Source: Eledone cirrhosa (taxonomy: Eukaryota). Taken from it: a DNA stretch of 64,000 nucleotides. The stretch spans positions 12,896,001 through 12,960,000 of the forward strand of contig OZ024760.1 in assembly GCA_964016885.1 (NCBI GenBank), written 5' to 3'. Positions 46,030 through 59,305 of this stretch are shown one piece after another. The notes beneath the pieces are model-generated. The model did no database searches. It was not told where the DNA came from and saw only the letters and a program-made list of their open reading frames with translations. A program made the position numbers and the translations under genes. Within the stretch, counting starts at the first letter, position 1; every line of letters begins with the position of its first letter.

Positions 46030-46453
46030 AAGGCCAGCAATTACTCAGTGCATTACTGGTACTTTATTTTATCGACCCCGTAAGGATGAAAAGTAAAGCT
46101 AATCTCGGCCAGATTTGAACTCAGAACGTAAAAGGCCATAACTCTAAGCTGCAAAGAATGGTGTCCGATGCTCGACCGATTCTACCAATCCAAAGCCCCT
46201 ATAATAATCATAATAATTGTTTCTACTTTTGGCACAAGGCCAGCAGTTACATTACTGGTACTTTACTGGTACTTTATTTTATCGACCCCGTAAGGATGAA
46301 AGGCAAAGTTAACCTCGGCGGGATTTGAAGCCATTCTGAGTTCAAATCCCGTCGAGGTTAACTTTGCCTTTCATCCTTACGGGGTCGATAAAATAATGTA
46401 CCAGTAATGTACTGGGGTAACTGCTGGCCTTGTGTCAAAAGTAGCAACAATTA
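46030..46453. mobile_element. SINE S1 cluster: one minus copy, then a head-to-head inverted pair (46213-46329 minus / 46330-46453 plus)
   Basis: ...AACCTCGGCGGGATTTGAA-gccattctgag-TTCAAATCCCGTCGAGGTT... Confidence 0.85.
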
Positions 46454-48642
46454 TGTAAGATATAGATGTGAGCATTGCTGTGTGGTTAACAACACTCGCA
46501 TCTCAACTTTGCCGTTTCAGGTTTGATATTAGTTTGTCTTGTATCTGTTTGTAGACACGAGGGAGCTGACACAGGAAATATTTCTAAGTAGAATTTAAGA
46601 GATGGAAACACATGTGTGGGATGTGTCAAACACATTATATAGAGTTTTTTTTAGCTTCCTTGAAGCATTGTTGAATAGGAAACACAAATTTAAATTTTGA
46701 AAGCCAAACAATGTGTTATGGAGGACATTAGATTACCAAGATGACAAAAGAATCTTACCTTAGTAAATTTAACGATCCCATTATATAGAGTGTCAAACAA
46801 GTTATGTGTCCAACACGCTACATAGAGTGTCAAACACATGTCATATGTCAAATACTTTCTATATTGTGTCAAACACATGTCATGTGTCAAACACACCACA
46901 CAGTCTGTCAAACATGTCATATGTCAAATACATTACATAGTGTGTCAATCACATTAAATAGTGTGTCAATCATGTTAAATAGTTTTTCCGACACATGTCA
47001 TTATCATCATGATCTGATGATGATGATGATGATAATAGCTAACAGCGAATGTGTGTCTGGTGAGGAGAGGAGAGGGATAAAGGTTTGGAGTGGGGGAGAT
47101 GAACTCCAAACCTTTCCATTGTGGTTGATAATAGGCCAGGGTTTGATGTAAACCCAGAATATAAGGAACTACAGCAAATAAGCTAATAAACAAACAACCA
47201 CACGACACCCCAGCACCCCAGAATTATAAAAATGCCGCGGGACCACAGATCAACACAGTGCTAGAACTAATAAACTAGAACCACACGACACCCCGCCGCC
47301 CCATAATTATAAATACCCCCTGCACCACCGACCTACAAGGAACTGATAGTTTTATCAATCGACCTCGACCCAAACAATAAGATGTAAACACCATAGAATA
47401 TTGAGATCTATTGAACTAGAGATAGATATAAAAACAAAACTGTATCACAGCAGGTTTTAATGGTATGTAGAAGTTCGATAGTTCGATGTAGTGTTACACT
47501 AGTATTGTCTTATTGTCTGTGATTGAGGCCTCGTTTTTTATGTTGCGTTTCGTTATATTTCATTGTTTATATATATATATATATATATATCATTTCGTTT
47601 GTTGCGTTTCATTGTTTATATATATATATATATATATGTGTGTGTATGTATGTGTGTGAGTGGGTGTGTGTGTATATGTGGGGTGGTGGTCTGGGTGTGT
47701 GTGTTTGTGTGTGTGTGAGTGTGTGTATTTGTGTGTGTGTGTGTGTATTTGTGTGTGTGTGTTTCTTTTTTGTATGCTTTCTTTTGTTAAACTGCCTGAA
47801 AGTGTAAATAGCACATTATTTCATTCTAAATTGGAATATGGAAACAGCCGTCGGAAAACGTTCACACACACGGTAGATATTTATGTATGTTAGTATGTGT
47901 TAAATAAGTATATATACATATATATATATATATGTGTGTATATATATGTGTGTGTGCGTGTGTGCGTGTGTACGCATATGTTTATATGTATTATGTTTAA
48001 ATTTATATATATATGTGTGTTTGCATGTAAATATATGCATACATATATACATATGCATATATATATGCTTACAAATATGCATGTGTGTGTGTGTTTGTGT
48101 GCGTGTGTCTGTGTCACACACATAACAAAGTAAGTTCAAAAATTCCATTAACTGAGACTATTCATGCAATTAGGTGTCAAAAATCCAATTAAAGAAATTA
48201 CCATCATGGCACTATTTATGCAAATCGGACTAATCGGTTTATGAAAGTCTCCACATCCAACCACTATATATCGCAATTAGCTGTATTTTAATGCGAGCAG
48301 ATCGATTGGTATTCTATATCTAATGAGAATCAAATCAAATCAGATTTCATACAGGTTAAGGAAATCAATTTTTTTCTGTCCACAGTGAAAAAGTAAAGCA
48401 TGTTTGTTTACGACTGTCGCAAAACATTGAAAATATGCTGATCTTGCATCACATTATACACATATTACATATGTAGTAGATTATTATAGTCCAGTTTATT
48501 ATTTTAAGGTTAATATATATATAGCCCCAGGTCTCTGTCCTCTGAGGCATTTTTGCCCAACTCTGTCTTTGACATGTATTCAAATATTTATGTATTCATC
48601 ATGTGTGTGTATATATATATATATTTATTATTATTACTATAT

Positions 48643-48836
48643 AGGGCGGTGAATTGGCAGTATCGGTAGAGGGTCGGGCGCCATGCTTTGCAGCACAGTT
48701 ACGTCCCTTTACGGACTGAGTTCAAATCCCGCCGAGGTTAACTTTGCCTTTCATCCTTACGGGGGTCGATAAAATAAAGTACCAGTAATGTACTGGGTAA
48801 TTGCTGGCCTTGTGCCTAAAGTAGAAACAATTATTA
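48643..48836 (+). mobile_element. Full-length SINE S1
   Basis: GGGCGGTGAATTGGCAGTATCGG...GTTCAAATCC...GTAGAAACAATTATT. Confidence 0.9.
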
Positions 48837-48837
48837 T

Positions 48838-48876
<39 letters not shown>

Positions 48877-48932
48877 GAAATAAAGAAAAAGTAAGAGAGA
48901 GAGAGAGAGAGAGAGAGAAATAAAGAAAAAGT

Positions 48933-48972
<40 letters not shown>

Positions 48973-49229
48973 AAGAGAGAGAGAAACGTGTGCTCAATAC
49001 TCTTTAAAAGAAGTGAAGGTGTTAAGAGGTTGCAGCTGCATCTCAGCTATTGTGAAGTTATTCACAGTTTTACAAGAATTTTATAGACATCAAAAGATCG
49101 TGTCTGAATCATTGATATTTCCATATTGACCTGAAGTCAAACTTGATCAAACACAGACCTGTTATTAGAGACGTTCCAGCTGTGACCATCGCATCTTATT
49201 TCGATGGCATATCGAAGATTGTATGTATG

Positions 49230-50250
49230 TATGATCCGCTAACTGATAGAGTGGTAGGGTCACCGTATTGATATACGGCCTTTCTTGGCCATTTTAAGCC
49301 CGACGGAGCCCATCCCTCTCTAAGCCTGAGTACAGCAAATTTCTTCCAGAGAAAGAGAGAGAGGACATGAGAAAGAGATATAGAGGAAGAATCAACCCCA
49401 GTATTAGACTGGTACTTTTTTTTATCGACCTCGAAAGGATGAAAGGAAATGTTGACCCCGGTGGGATTTGAAAGCCGGAACTAATACCATAAAGCATTCT
49501 ATCTGACGTTCTCACCACTCTACCATTCTATCTGACGTTCTCACCACTCTACCATTCTAGCTGACGTTCTCACCACTCTACCATTCTATCTGACGTTCTA
49601 ACCACTGCCATTCTATATGACGTTCTAACGACTCTACCATTCTATCTGACGTTCTAACCACTCTACCATTCTATCTGACGTTCTAACCACTCTACCATTC
49701 TATATGACGTTCTAACCACTCTGCCATTCTATCCGACGTTCTAACCACTCTGCCATTCTATCTGACGTTCTAACCACTCTACCATTCTATCTGACGTTCT
49801 AACGACTCTGCCATTCTATCCGACGTTCTAACGACTCTGCCATTCTATCCGACGTTCTAACCACTCTACCATTCTATATGACGTTCTAACGACTGCCATT
49901 CTATCCGACGTTCTAACCACTCTACCATTCTATCTGACGTTCTAACCACTCTACCATTCTATCTGACGTTCTAACCACTCTACCATTCTATATGACGTTC
50001 TAACGACTCTACCATTCTATGACGTTCTAACGACTCTGCCATTCTATCTGACGTTCTAACCACTCTACCATTCTATCTGACGTTCTAACGACTACCATTC
50101 TATCCGACGTTCTAACCACTCTACCATTCTATATGACGTTCTAACGACTCTACCTTTCTATCTGACGTTCTAACGACTGCCATTCTATCCGACGTTCTAA
50201 CCACTCTACCATTCTATCCGACGTTCTAACAACTCTACCAATTCGCCGCC
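49230..50250 (-). mobile_element. Long-tail SINE S1 whose tRNA head is expanded by a 29 bp minisatellite (~26 copies, 49495-50240)
   Basis: Unit CATTCTATCTGACGTTCTAACCACTCTAC lies between the SINE B-box region and the 5' terminus CCAATTCGCCGCC. Confidence 0.85.
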
Positions 50251-50287
50251 TATATCGAAGAATACGTTGTCCCATGTTTCCTTTGTG

Positions 50288-50460
50288 GCCTCTTAGTGGG
50301 TAGCAGACGTCCAGCTAACGATCTTAAGGTCGACGGTTCGATTACTACCGATGCGTTGTGTCCTTGAGCAAGATTCTTTATTTCACGTTGTTCCAGTTCA
50401 CTCAGCTGACTCAAAACAAAAATGTGCTGCACTTGTAATACCGAAAGTTGGTGCAGTTGC
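50288..50460 (+). mobile_element. CORE-like SINE S2
   Basis: GGTTCGATTAC...TGTGTCCTTGAGCAAGA..TTTATTTCACGTTGTTCCAGTTCACTCAGCTG. Confidence 0.75.
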
Positions 50461-50824
50461 AATCATGCATTGAATACACCAGACTGGGTGCAACAGTAAC
50501 TATAGCATCAACAACACTAAACTGTTCAGCAGTAACTTTTGGTAACATGCAGTAAATGTGTCAGTATAACTGCGGATTTGGTCTCTCTCTCTCCCCACCT
50601 CTCTCTCTCCCCACCTCTCTACACCCCTCTCTCCCCACCTCTCTACACCCCTCTCTCTCTCCCCACCTCTCTACACCCCTCTCTCTCTCCCCACCTCTCC
50701 ACACCCCTCTCGCTCTTTCTCCCTCTCCCCACCTCTCTTTCTCTCTGTTGTCTCTCTCTCTATTTCATTCGGCTATTTCTCATACTCTATTACTTTCTCA
50801 TATATACGTATATATACGTGTTTG

Positions 50825-50881
<57 letters not shown>

Positions 50882-51055
50882 ATGCGTTTATATATGTATC
50901 TATATATGTATGTCTATATATGTGTTTATATGTATGTGTTTCTATTATGTATTTATATATAAATGTATGTATGTACATATGTGCATATTTATATACAACC
51001 CCATGCACACACACACACATATATATATATATGGGGTGGGTATATATATATATAC

Positions 51056-51490
51056 ATATAATAACACATATACAAACGATGCTGTATATATACATACATA
51101 TAATAACACATATACAAACGATGCTGTATATATACATACATATAATAACATATACAAACGATGCTGTATATATACATACATATAATAACATATACAAGCG
51201 ATGCTGTATATATACATACATATAATAACACATATACAAACGATGCTGTATATATACATACATATAATAACATATACAAACGATGCTGTATATATACATA
51301 CATATAATAACATATACAAGCGATGCTGTATATATACATACATATAATAACACATATACAAACGATGCTGTATATATACATACATATAATAACATATACA
51401 AACGATGCTGTATATATACATACATATAATAACATATACAAACGATGCTGTATATATACATACATATAATAACACATACAAACGATGCTG
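51056..51490. repeat. 40/42 bp minisatellite (~11 copies)
   Basis: Unit AACATATACAAACGATGCTGTATATATACATACATATAAT. Confidence 0.9.
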
Positions 51491-51871
51491 TCATCTGAAA
51501 ATTCACTTATATTCACCTGCAAGATCTCTAGTACATCCAAGATATAAAACAGTCATAGATTATTTGATTGTCAAACTTACATATACAGTATTACCTCTCT
51601 CACTGTTATTCCCCAATACTAAATGTTATATAATGCAATAGTTTATAGAAATGATTGTCAGACAAACGTGACAGAGAATACACTCTTATTTGCTTTGCTA
51701 AGATTTCTGCTTTCCTAACAATTTCACTTGGTTCCTATCATTAAATATAAACTTTTAAAACTGTCTCTCTTGTTTTATTTAACTTTGCTGTTGTTGTTGC
51801 GTTGTTGTTGTAAGGTGGATTGTAACATTGGAAAGTCATGAGAAATATGTATCGTGCCCTTTATAAGTGGA

Positions 51872-52230
51872 AGCCTGTGGCCTTTTATATAATAAGGGTG
51901 TTAGACTTACGATCATACTGTCGTGTGATCGATTCCTGGTCTGGGATGTGTGTTGTGATGTGTTATGTTCTTGAGCAAAACAACTTCACTTCACGTTGCC
52001 CTAGTGGTAAGGGTGTTGGACTTACGATCATAAGGCTCTGGGTTCGATTCCTCGTTTGGACTATCTGTTGTGTTCTTGAGCAAAACACTTCCTTTGATGT
52101 TGCTCCAGTGACCTCAGCTGAAGAATGAGTACCAACAACATCTAACACAACATAGTACCAGAAGAATGAGTACCAACAACATCTAACACAACATAGTACC
52201 AGAAGAATGAGTACCAACAACATCTAACAA
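51872..52230 (+). mobile_element. Two tandem CORE-like SINE S2 copies followed by a 41 bp duplicated tail
   Basis: Two GACTTACGATCATA...CGATTCC...TGTTCTTGAGCAAAACA blocks; AGAAGAATGAGTACCAACAACATCTAACACAACATAGTACC x ~2.5. Confidence 0.7.
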
Positions 52231-53069
52231 CGCAAAATATTCTATCAGTAATTCTAGCGATTCCACAAACTCGTCGCTACATACATATATATATATATAT
52301 ACATACATAATCATACACACACGCATATATACATACACACACATACATATTATGTACACATATATACATACACATATTCACACACACACACGCATATATA
52401 TATATATATTCACGCACACACATATATATATATATATATATGTACACACACATATATATATATATATGTACACACACATATATATATATATATGTACACA
52501 CACATATTTATATATATATACACACACATATTTATATATATATACACACACATATTTATATATATATATACACACACATATTTATATATATATATACACA
52601 CACATATTTATATATATATATACACACATATTTATATATATATACACACACATATTTATATGTATACACATATTTCTATGTATACACATATTTATATGTA
52701 TACACACATATTTATATGTATACACACATATTTATATGTATACACACACATATTTACACACATACACCTTAGTCGATGTCAGTTAACTTTTAGTCTGATA
52801 TATTTAAATTTACAATTTCGTTTCTCATGTTTAATGGATTTCTGCATCAGTGCCCCCCCCCCCCCAATTGTCAGGAGACGATCGTTTCTATACCAAACAC
52901 TTCAATACTGTGATCGTTAGGAATTCTTTAGATTTATGTATCAAAGGATTACAAGTTCCTACCACGTCACACACACACACACACACAGAAACACATACAG
53001 ACAGACACACACACGTACAATACATGCATATAGATGTATATATACATATATATATATATATGTATATAA

Positions 53070-53108
<39 letters not shown>

Positions 53109-53172
53109 CACACGGACACATACATGTATTTACATTAGGAAATATATCTATATGTAATACTAGCGCAAATAT

Positions 53173-53242
<70 letters not shown>

Positions 53243-53455
53243 TATCCTTGGTTATGTCAAAATTTATAAAACACACTTCGTATTTTATCTGATGATAGCG
53301 TACCAACATTTTTGGTACCCTTGAAATATATATAATAGAATAAATATGGTTTTATAAATATAGTTTCCATTTATTTAATATCATTGGTTATATATATATA
53401 TATATATATATGACTCTTTCCCTATATATATATATATATATATATATGACTCTTT

Positions 53456-53494
<39 letters not shown>

Positions 53495-53554
53495 ACTCTT
53501 TCCGTAAATATATATAAATATATATATATATATATTATATATATATGACTCTTT

Positions 53555-53603
<49 letters not shown>

Positions 53604-53642
53604 GACTCTTTCCGTAAATATATATAAATATATATATATATA

Positions 53643-53808
53643 TAGGGAAAGAGTCAGAACCCTGATGGCTGAGCTCCGGCAGTTTCAACAGCCGAAGCTC
53701 ATCCGTCGAGGTCCTGATTCTTTTCCAATTACCCACCCTACTACCGCAAGTATTGAGTACTCTGGTACATTATGGTCCATCTGGTATCTTACAACACCCT
53801 CTTTGTTA
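53643..53808. mobile_element. Family B fragment (diverged, inverted plus forward)
   Basis: ACCCTGATGGCTGAGCTCCGGCAGTTTCAACAGC...AGCTCATCCGTCGAGGTCC...GTATTGAGTACTCTGG. Confidence 0.55.
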
Positions 53809-53839
53809 TACATACATACATACATACATACATACATAC

Positions 53840-53940
53840 ATAAGGTAATCAAGAACTAATATCAATACTAAAATACATATCAATTAAGCTTAGACACGAA
53901 TGTGTTTCGATTGTTAATCCTATTTCTTCAGTGGAAATAA
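53840..53940 (-). mobile_element. Penelope-like fragment, family D, with canonical-core hammerhead-like motif (53890-53933)
   Basis: Minus: CUGAAGA-aauag-GAUU-aac-AAUC-GAA-ACAC-auuc-GUGU-C; stem I poor; followed by GTATTGATATT. Confidence 0.45.
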
Positions 53941-54752
53941 AACATTGTCTACATATATATATCAGTAGTTTATATATTATACATTTGAGCTACGTCTGGT
54001 ATAAATTGATAGTATAATATCGATATCTTTACTTCTATATACAGTTTGCATGTGTGGTTTTGTCTCTAAATATATGTGTACCTGTGAGAGACTATACAAG
54101 CGCGTTGTATTACATATGTGCATGTGTTACATGTGTGCATGTGTCTCTCTGCATGTGTATTACATGTCTTACATGTGTGTGAGATAGAAAGAAAGAGAAA
54201 GAAAGAGAAAGAAAGAGAAAGAAAGAGAAAGAAAGAGAAAGAGGAAAAGAGAAATTCGTGATCGTCGATGCAATGAAAAGAAAAAGAAAATACTGACTGA
54301 ATATGCAGCTTAAAAAAAAATAATAATATATTTACATTTATTACAGCCAGAAAATAGTATATGAGATGGAAGCCGTTTCATAAATATATATTTCATATTA
54401 GAACATGTTGTGAAGTCTATGATGAGATATAAATGAAGACCCACGTACATACCTATCCTGGCGGCCATGTATATGAACCAAAGAATTATATGCTACCTAC
54501 ATATACCAAGAAAATATAAAATATAAATAACAAAACCTAATCACCTGTTAATCAATTTTCGGCAGAATTATTACCTTTATTATTATTATTATTATTATTT
54601 TTTTTTTTTTACGTTTTTATTTTATTTTATTTTATTTATTTATTTATTGCAATAGAATGTAGAAATTGCTTCTTTTTCTTTTTTTTTTATATTTTGATAA
54701 CAATAGTATCTAGATTTTTTCCTGTCTGATTGGATGAAAAAAAAAAGAAAGA

Positions 54753-54796
<44 letters not shown>

Positions 54797-55081
54797 TGAT
54801 GATAATAATAATGGTTTCTTCAGGAAAAGTTCATTTCCAAGCCGTGTAATATGAGATACGACTTTCTCAGGTAACATTCTGCTTATTGCAAATTATACCT
54901 ATTTTACACGATATATTTTCGATGGTGAACTTCCCCGTAGGATCATTATTTCAACAAGAACGGTGCCATGAAAATAGAAAACACAGCCAAAAGCAACTTA
55001 ATTATCTGGATTCAATGATGCTAAGTATTAGCTTCTGTGACACGAAATAAGTTTTTCATCTTTCGCTAGTTTCATCTAAAG

Positions 55082-55115
<34 letters not shown>

Positions 55116-56093
55116 AACAAGGATAATAAAGAAATAAAGATAAAAATAAAAATAAAAATAAAGGAAGAAAAAGCGATGTGAACTTGTAAGAGACACTTGA
55201 GATAGACGAAGCAAATAAAGAACTGTTTTTATATTTCTGAGACTGATGAAACTTCTGATTGCTGCAGTTCCTCATATTCAATGAATGTCGACTTTTATAA
55301 CCATGCTATATGTTTTTCTCTTCCTCTCTCTCTTCTTTCTTTTCTTCTCTCTGTCCTTCTCTCTCTCTCATCTTCTCTCTCTCCTGTTTTCTTCTCTCCT
55401 TTATTCTCTCCTCTCTTTCTCTCTCTTATCCCCTTTCTTTTTTCTCCCCCTCTCTCTTCCTTTCCCTTCCTCCGTCTTCCTTTCTCTTCCACTCTCCCCT
55501 CCTCTCTCTAGACCACGAAATACTAAGTATAGTTCAATATAGTTTGACACTTATTTCATCCATAATATTCTCTTCAGCGAGGAAGTCTATAAAAGTCTGC
55601 GACACAGTAGAACTAGCGAGATAGATATTTGTGTGATAAGACACACAGACAGATTTTTGCAATATATCAAGTAATTCAAAGACATTTCTTTCTTCAGTAA
55701 ATCGATTTCTACTTCATGCACAAGGCCAGCAATTTTATGTGGAGGGTTGTTGTTGTTGGTGGTGGTGGGGTCAATTAAATCTAACCCAGTAATTAACTAG
55801 TAATTATATTTCATTGAACCTGGAATAATTAAAGGAAAATATTATTTAATTGAAATCTTCTTCGTCTCCTCCTCCTTCTTGTTCTTCTTCTTTGCCTTCT
55901 TCGGCGTCGTCTCCTTCTTTGTCTTCATCTCCTATTTCTTCTTCTTCTTGGGAAGGTCATGGGGGCAGAGTCCTCAAACCCTCCTTCCTGTCAGAAGCAA
56001 CCCTTTCCAACTGATCCGGCTAGGTCCCCAAGCAAGACCAGCCAAGTTTATGGATGTTATCCAACCATCTTGCTTACTAATTATCAATTATTT

Positions 56094-56402
56094 GCCATTC
56101 TGAGTTCAAATCCCGCCGAGGTTAACTTTGCCTTTCATCCTTACGGGGTCGATAAAATAAAGTACCAGTAATGCACCGGGGTAATTGCTGGCTTTGTGCC
56201 AAAAGTAGAAACAATTATTTATGGCAGTATCGGTAGAGGGTCAGACGCCATGCTTTGACGCATAGAGTTACGGCCCTTGCCATTCTGGGTTCAATCCCGC
56301 CGAGGTTAAGTTTGTCTTTCATCCTTATGGGGTCAATACAATAAAGTACCACTAATGTACTTGGTAATTTGCAGGCCTTGTGCCAAAAGTATAAACAATT
56401 AA
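56094..56402 (+). mobile_element. Two tandem SINE S1 copies
   Basis: Family match; first copy 5'-truncated at GCCATTCTGAG. Confidence 0.85.
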
Positions 56403-56584
56403 TTATATAATGCATCTCCCGGCCTGGGAATCCAACTCACAACCTCACAATGATGAATCCTATTCCCGAACAAGTAAGCCACGCACCTTCACTCCATACC
56501 AGGGTTGGCCCCAACGTTCATTGGCTGACCAAGATACTCTCCATATTCTGCCTATGAACCTACATATAGTAACGACCCTCGTGT

Positions 56585-56726
56585 AGGCGCATGGCTTAAT
56601 GGTTACAGCATTGGGCTTGCAATCGAAAGGTTGTGAGTTCAATTCTCGGACCGGGTGATGTGTTGTTTCCTTGAGCAAGACACTTTATTTCACGTTGCTC
56701 CAGTTTACTCAGCTGTAGAAATGAGA
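56585..56726 (+). mobile_element. CORE-like SINE S2 (with inverted partial head at ~56415-56490)
   Basis: GGCGCATGGCTTAATGG...GAGTTCAATTC...TCCTTGAGCAAGACACTTTATTTCACGTTGCTCCAG. Confidence 0.8.
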
Positions 56727-57165
56727 TGATAGGACTGGGGTCCTTATCATTAAATCACCCAAGACACCTCCAACGAGATATACCTTGGAGGAGGCCAGCT
56801 AAACCTGCATAGGTGTGAGCTGTAACAACAACAAAAACGACCCTCGTACTAGATGTAGGACAATGTATTCCAATGGCTCTTCTGACCAGTATGTCCATGG
56901 TATAGTGTTCATAGTGTCCCAAAGGTGATACAGACGCTTCAGTGTTTGTTACAAAATGGCGACTACCGGTTGTCTAACTTTCAATATTTCCAAAACACAA
57001 TTACTTTGTCTACACGTAGAGAAAACCTAATGTCACTTGGAAGATTTAATTGAATAGAAGACACCTATATATATATATATTTATAGAAGACACCTATATA
57101 TATATACATATATATATAAATGTTCGTAACTGCACTCTTTCTTATTGTCTTTGCATTTTACTTTG

Positions 57166-57254
<89 letters not shown>

Positions 57255-57477
57255 TGTATGTATGTATGTATGTATGTATGTATGTATGTATGTATGTGTA
57301 TGTGTATATATATATATATATTCATATATACAAACACATATATATATAGATATTTATACTTTTATAGATATACATATATACGCACACACGCTCATACACA
57401 CACACGCTCATACACACACACACATATATATATGTAAGTACGCATATATATACATATATTACAAACACACTCACAGA

Positions 57478-57521
<44 letters not shown>

Positions 57522-57913
57522 TGTATATTATATATATTGTAAACATGAAGAAATCTTAAAGGTTCATGTTTCTTTTCGAAATTATAATCTGCTCCAAATT
57601 GAATCAAACCGGCAGAGGAGAAATGTCTTTGAGAGATGTTCTCAAAACAGAGAATCCCTTCCATTCACTACTTTGGTGTATTTCCAGGAACACGAACATC
57701 AATTTACAGGAATAATATAATTATTGCAATGATATATATATACACACACACACCCATACACACATCTATAGGCAAACGTACACCTCTATATGCGCACACA
57801 CACGCACACACACACATATATATATACACATACACATATTTACACAAATACATATATGTGTCTCTTCTGTATTTTAATATATATATACATATATAACATG
57901 CACACACACACAC

Positions 57914-57986
<73 letters not shown>

Positions 57987-58055
57987 AGAGAGTGTCACCA
58001 TTCGTACTTGTTTTATTATATATATATACATACACACACACACACACATATATAT

Positions 58056-58106
<51 letters not shown>

Positions 58107-58402
58107 GAAAAACATTTATACACAATTTCGTTACAATATTTTGTATAAAACGTGCTGAAGTTTATCATAATACCGGCAAAAAGATATTCTGTGACAAACA
58201 GAATCGCTATAGACATTTATAATACAATCTAAAATCTTAATTTATTTACTCTTCCAGCTTTTGGCAATTTCCTTGTCGATAACAAAGTTTATATCTTCAG
58301 ACTCTGTTACCTCTACTGTTGTGGAATTCAATATAGTATCAATACTAAATTTAAAATTCATTTTGTAGATTTCAAACATTTGAAAAATTTTAAAAACTTT
58401 TC

Positions 58403-58448
<46 letters not shown>

Positions 58449-59250
58449 AATATAAATTACCGAGAATCGTATTTCGGCTATTGGAAATTAGCGAAAAACA
58501 ACTTCCGAGATGTGTGGCAAGCGCTCAATAGATTCTAACGAACCAGAGCTACAACATACGTTAAAAGGCCAAACACACTGAGACGATGGTTAAACCATTA
58601 TCCGCACAGCCATAGAAACGACCAAGTAATTCGGGTCAAACAAATAAAAAATATGATTGAAAAATTTACCCGGACCCCTGGATGGTTGGTGAGAATCCAG
58701 CATTTGGGTTTCTGCGACTCCTAAATAAAGTACTGTCCGCTTAGACAAATAATGTTAAGCTTTTGGTAAGATGATTGAACAAGGAAGTCACTTTCTCAAC
58801 AGGTTTTAGTTCAAGTGCCAGGCCAATGATTGACCGTTACCAATACCCACGTGGGGCTCGGCAAGGGAGGCAACCCTTATTTTTGGCGGATGAATTCAGT
58901 ATGTGTAATATTGCAAAATTGCAAAATATCACCAAACGAATTAAGTTCTCAACAGAATGGTTTTAAAGTTAACAAAAGCTATTCATCAGTATATATATAT
59001 ATATATATATATTATTCAAAGTGTTAACAAATGAAAAATATTCGCATAATCAAAATATATACTTTAATATATATATTTCAAAGGTACTGTTCTGTTTTTT
59101 TCAGTACGTCCTCGTCAGACAAAATATATGATTTGATATATGACATACCGCTACGGTCTTGAATAGTCAATTCCCGTATTATGTTGAGCGTTTCTAATCT
59201 ATTGTAAAACTGTATTCGTTGAGTAATCAACGAACCATATTAATCTTTGG

Positions 59251-59305
<55 letters not shown>

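Noticed and set aside
46700-46790. Minus-strand KVRFFCHLGNLMS resembling the LINE RT FxYLG motif
   Set aside because: Too short and degenerate to call
48643-48735. tRNA gene
   Set aside because: A/B-box-like motifs run straight into the SINE body and no cloverleaf is evident; these are SINE heads
51056-51490. Regular repeat array resembling CRISPR
   Set aside because: No unique spacers, no cas genes, eukaryotic context; a plain minisatellite (same for the 19.3, 22.8 and 49.5 kb arrays)
53697-53712. CGGAUGA on the minus strand as a hammerhead core in family B
   Set aside because: It is a mutated complement of the family's AGCTCAGCCGTC segment, not a core position
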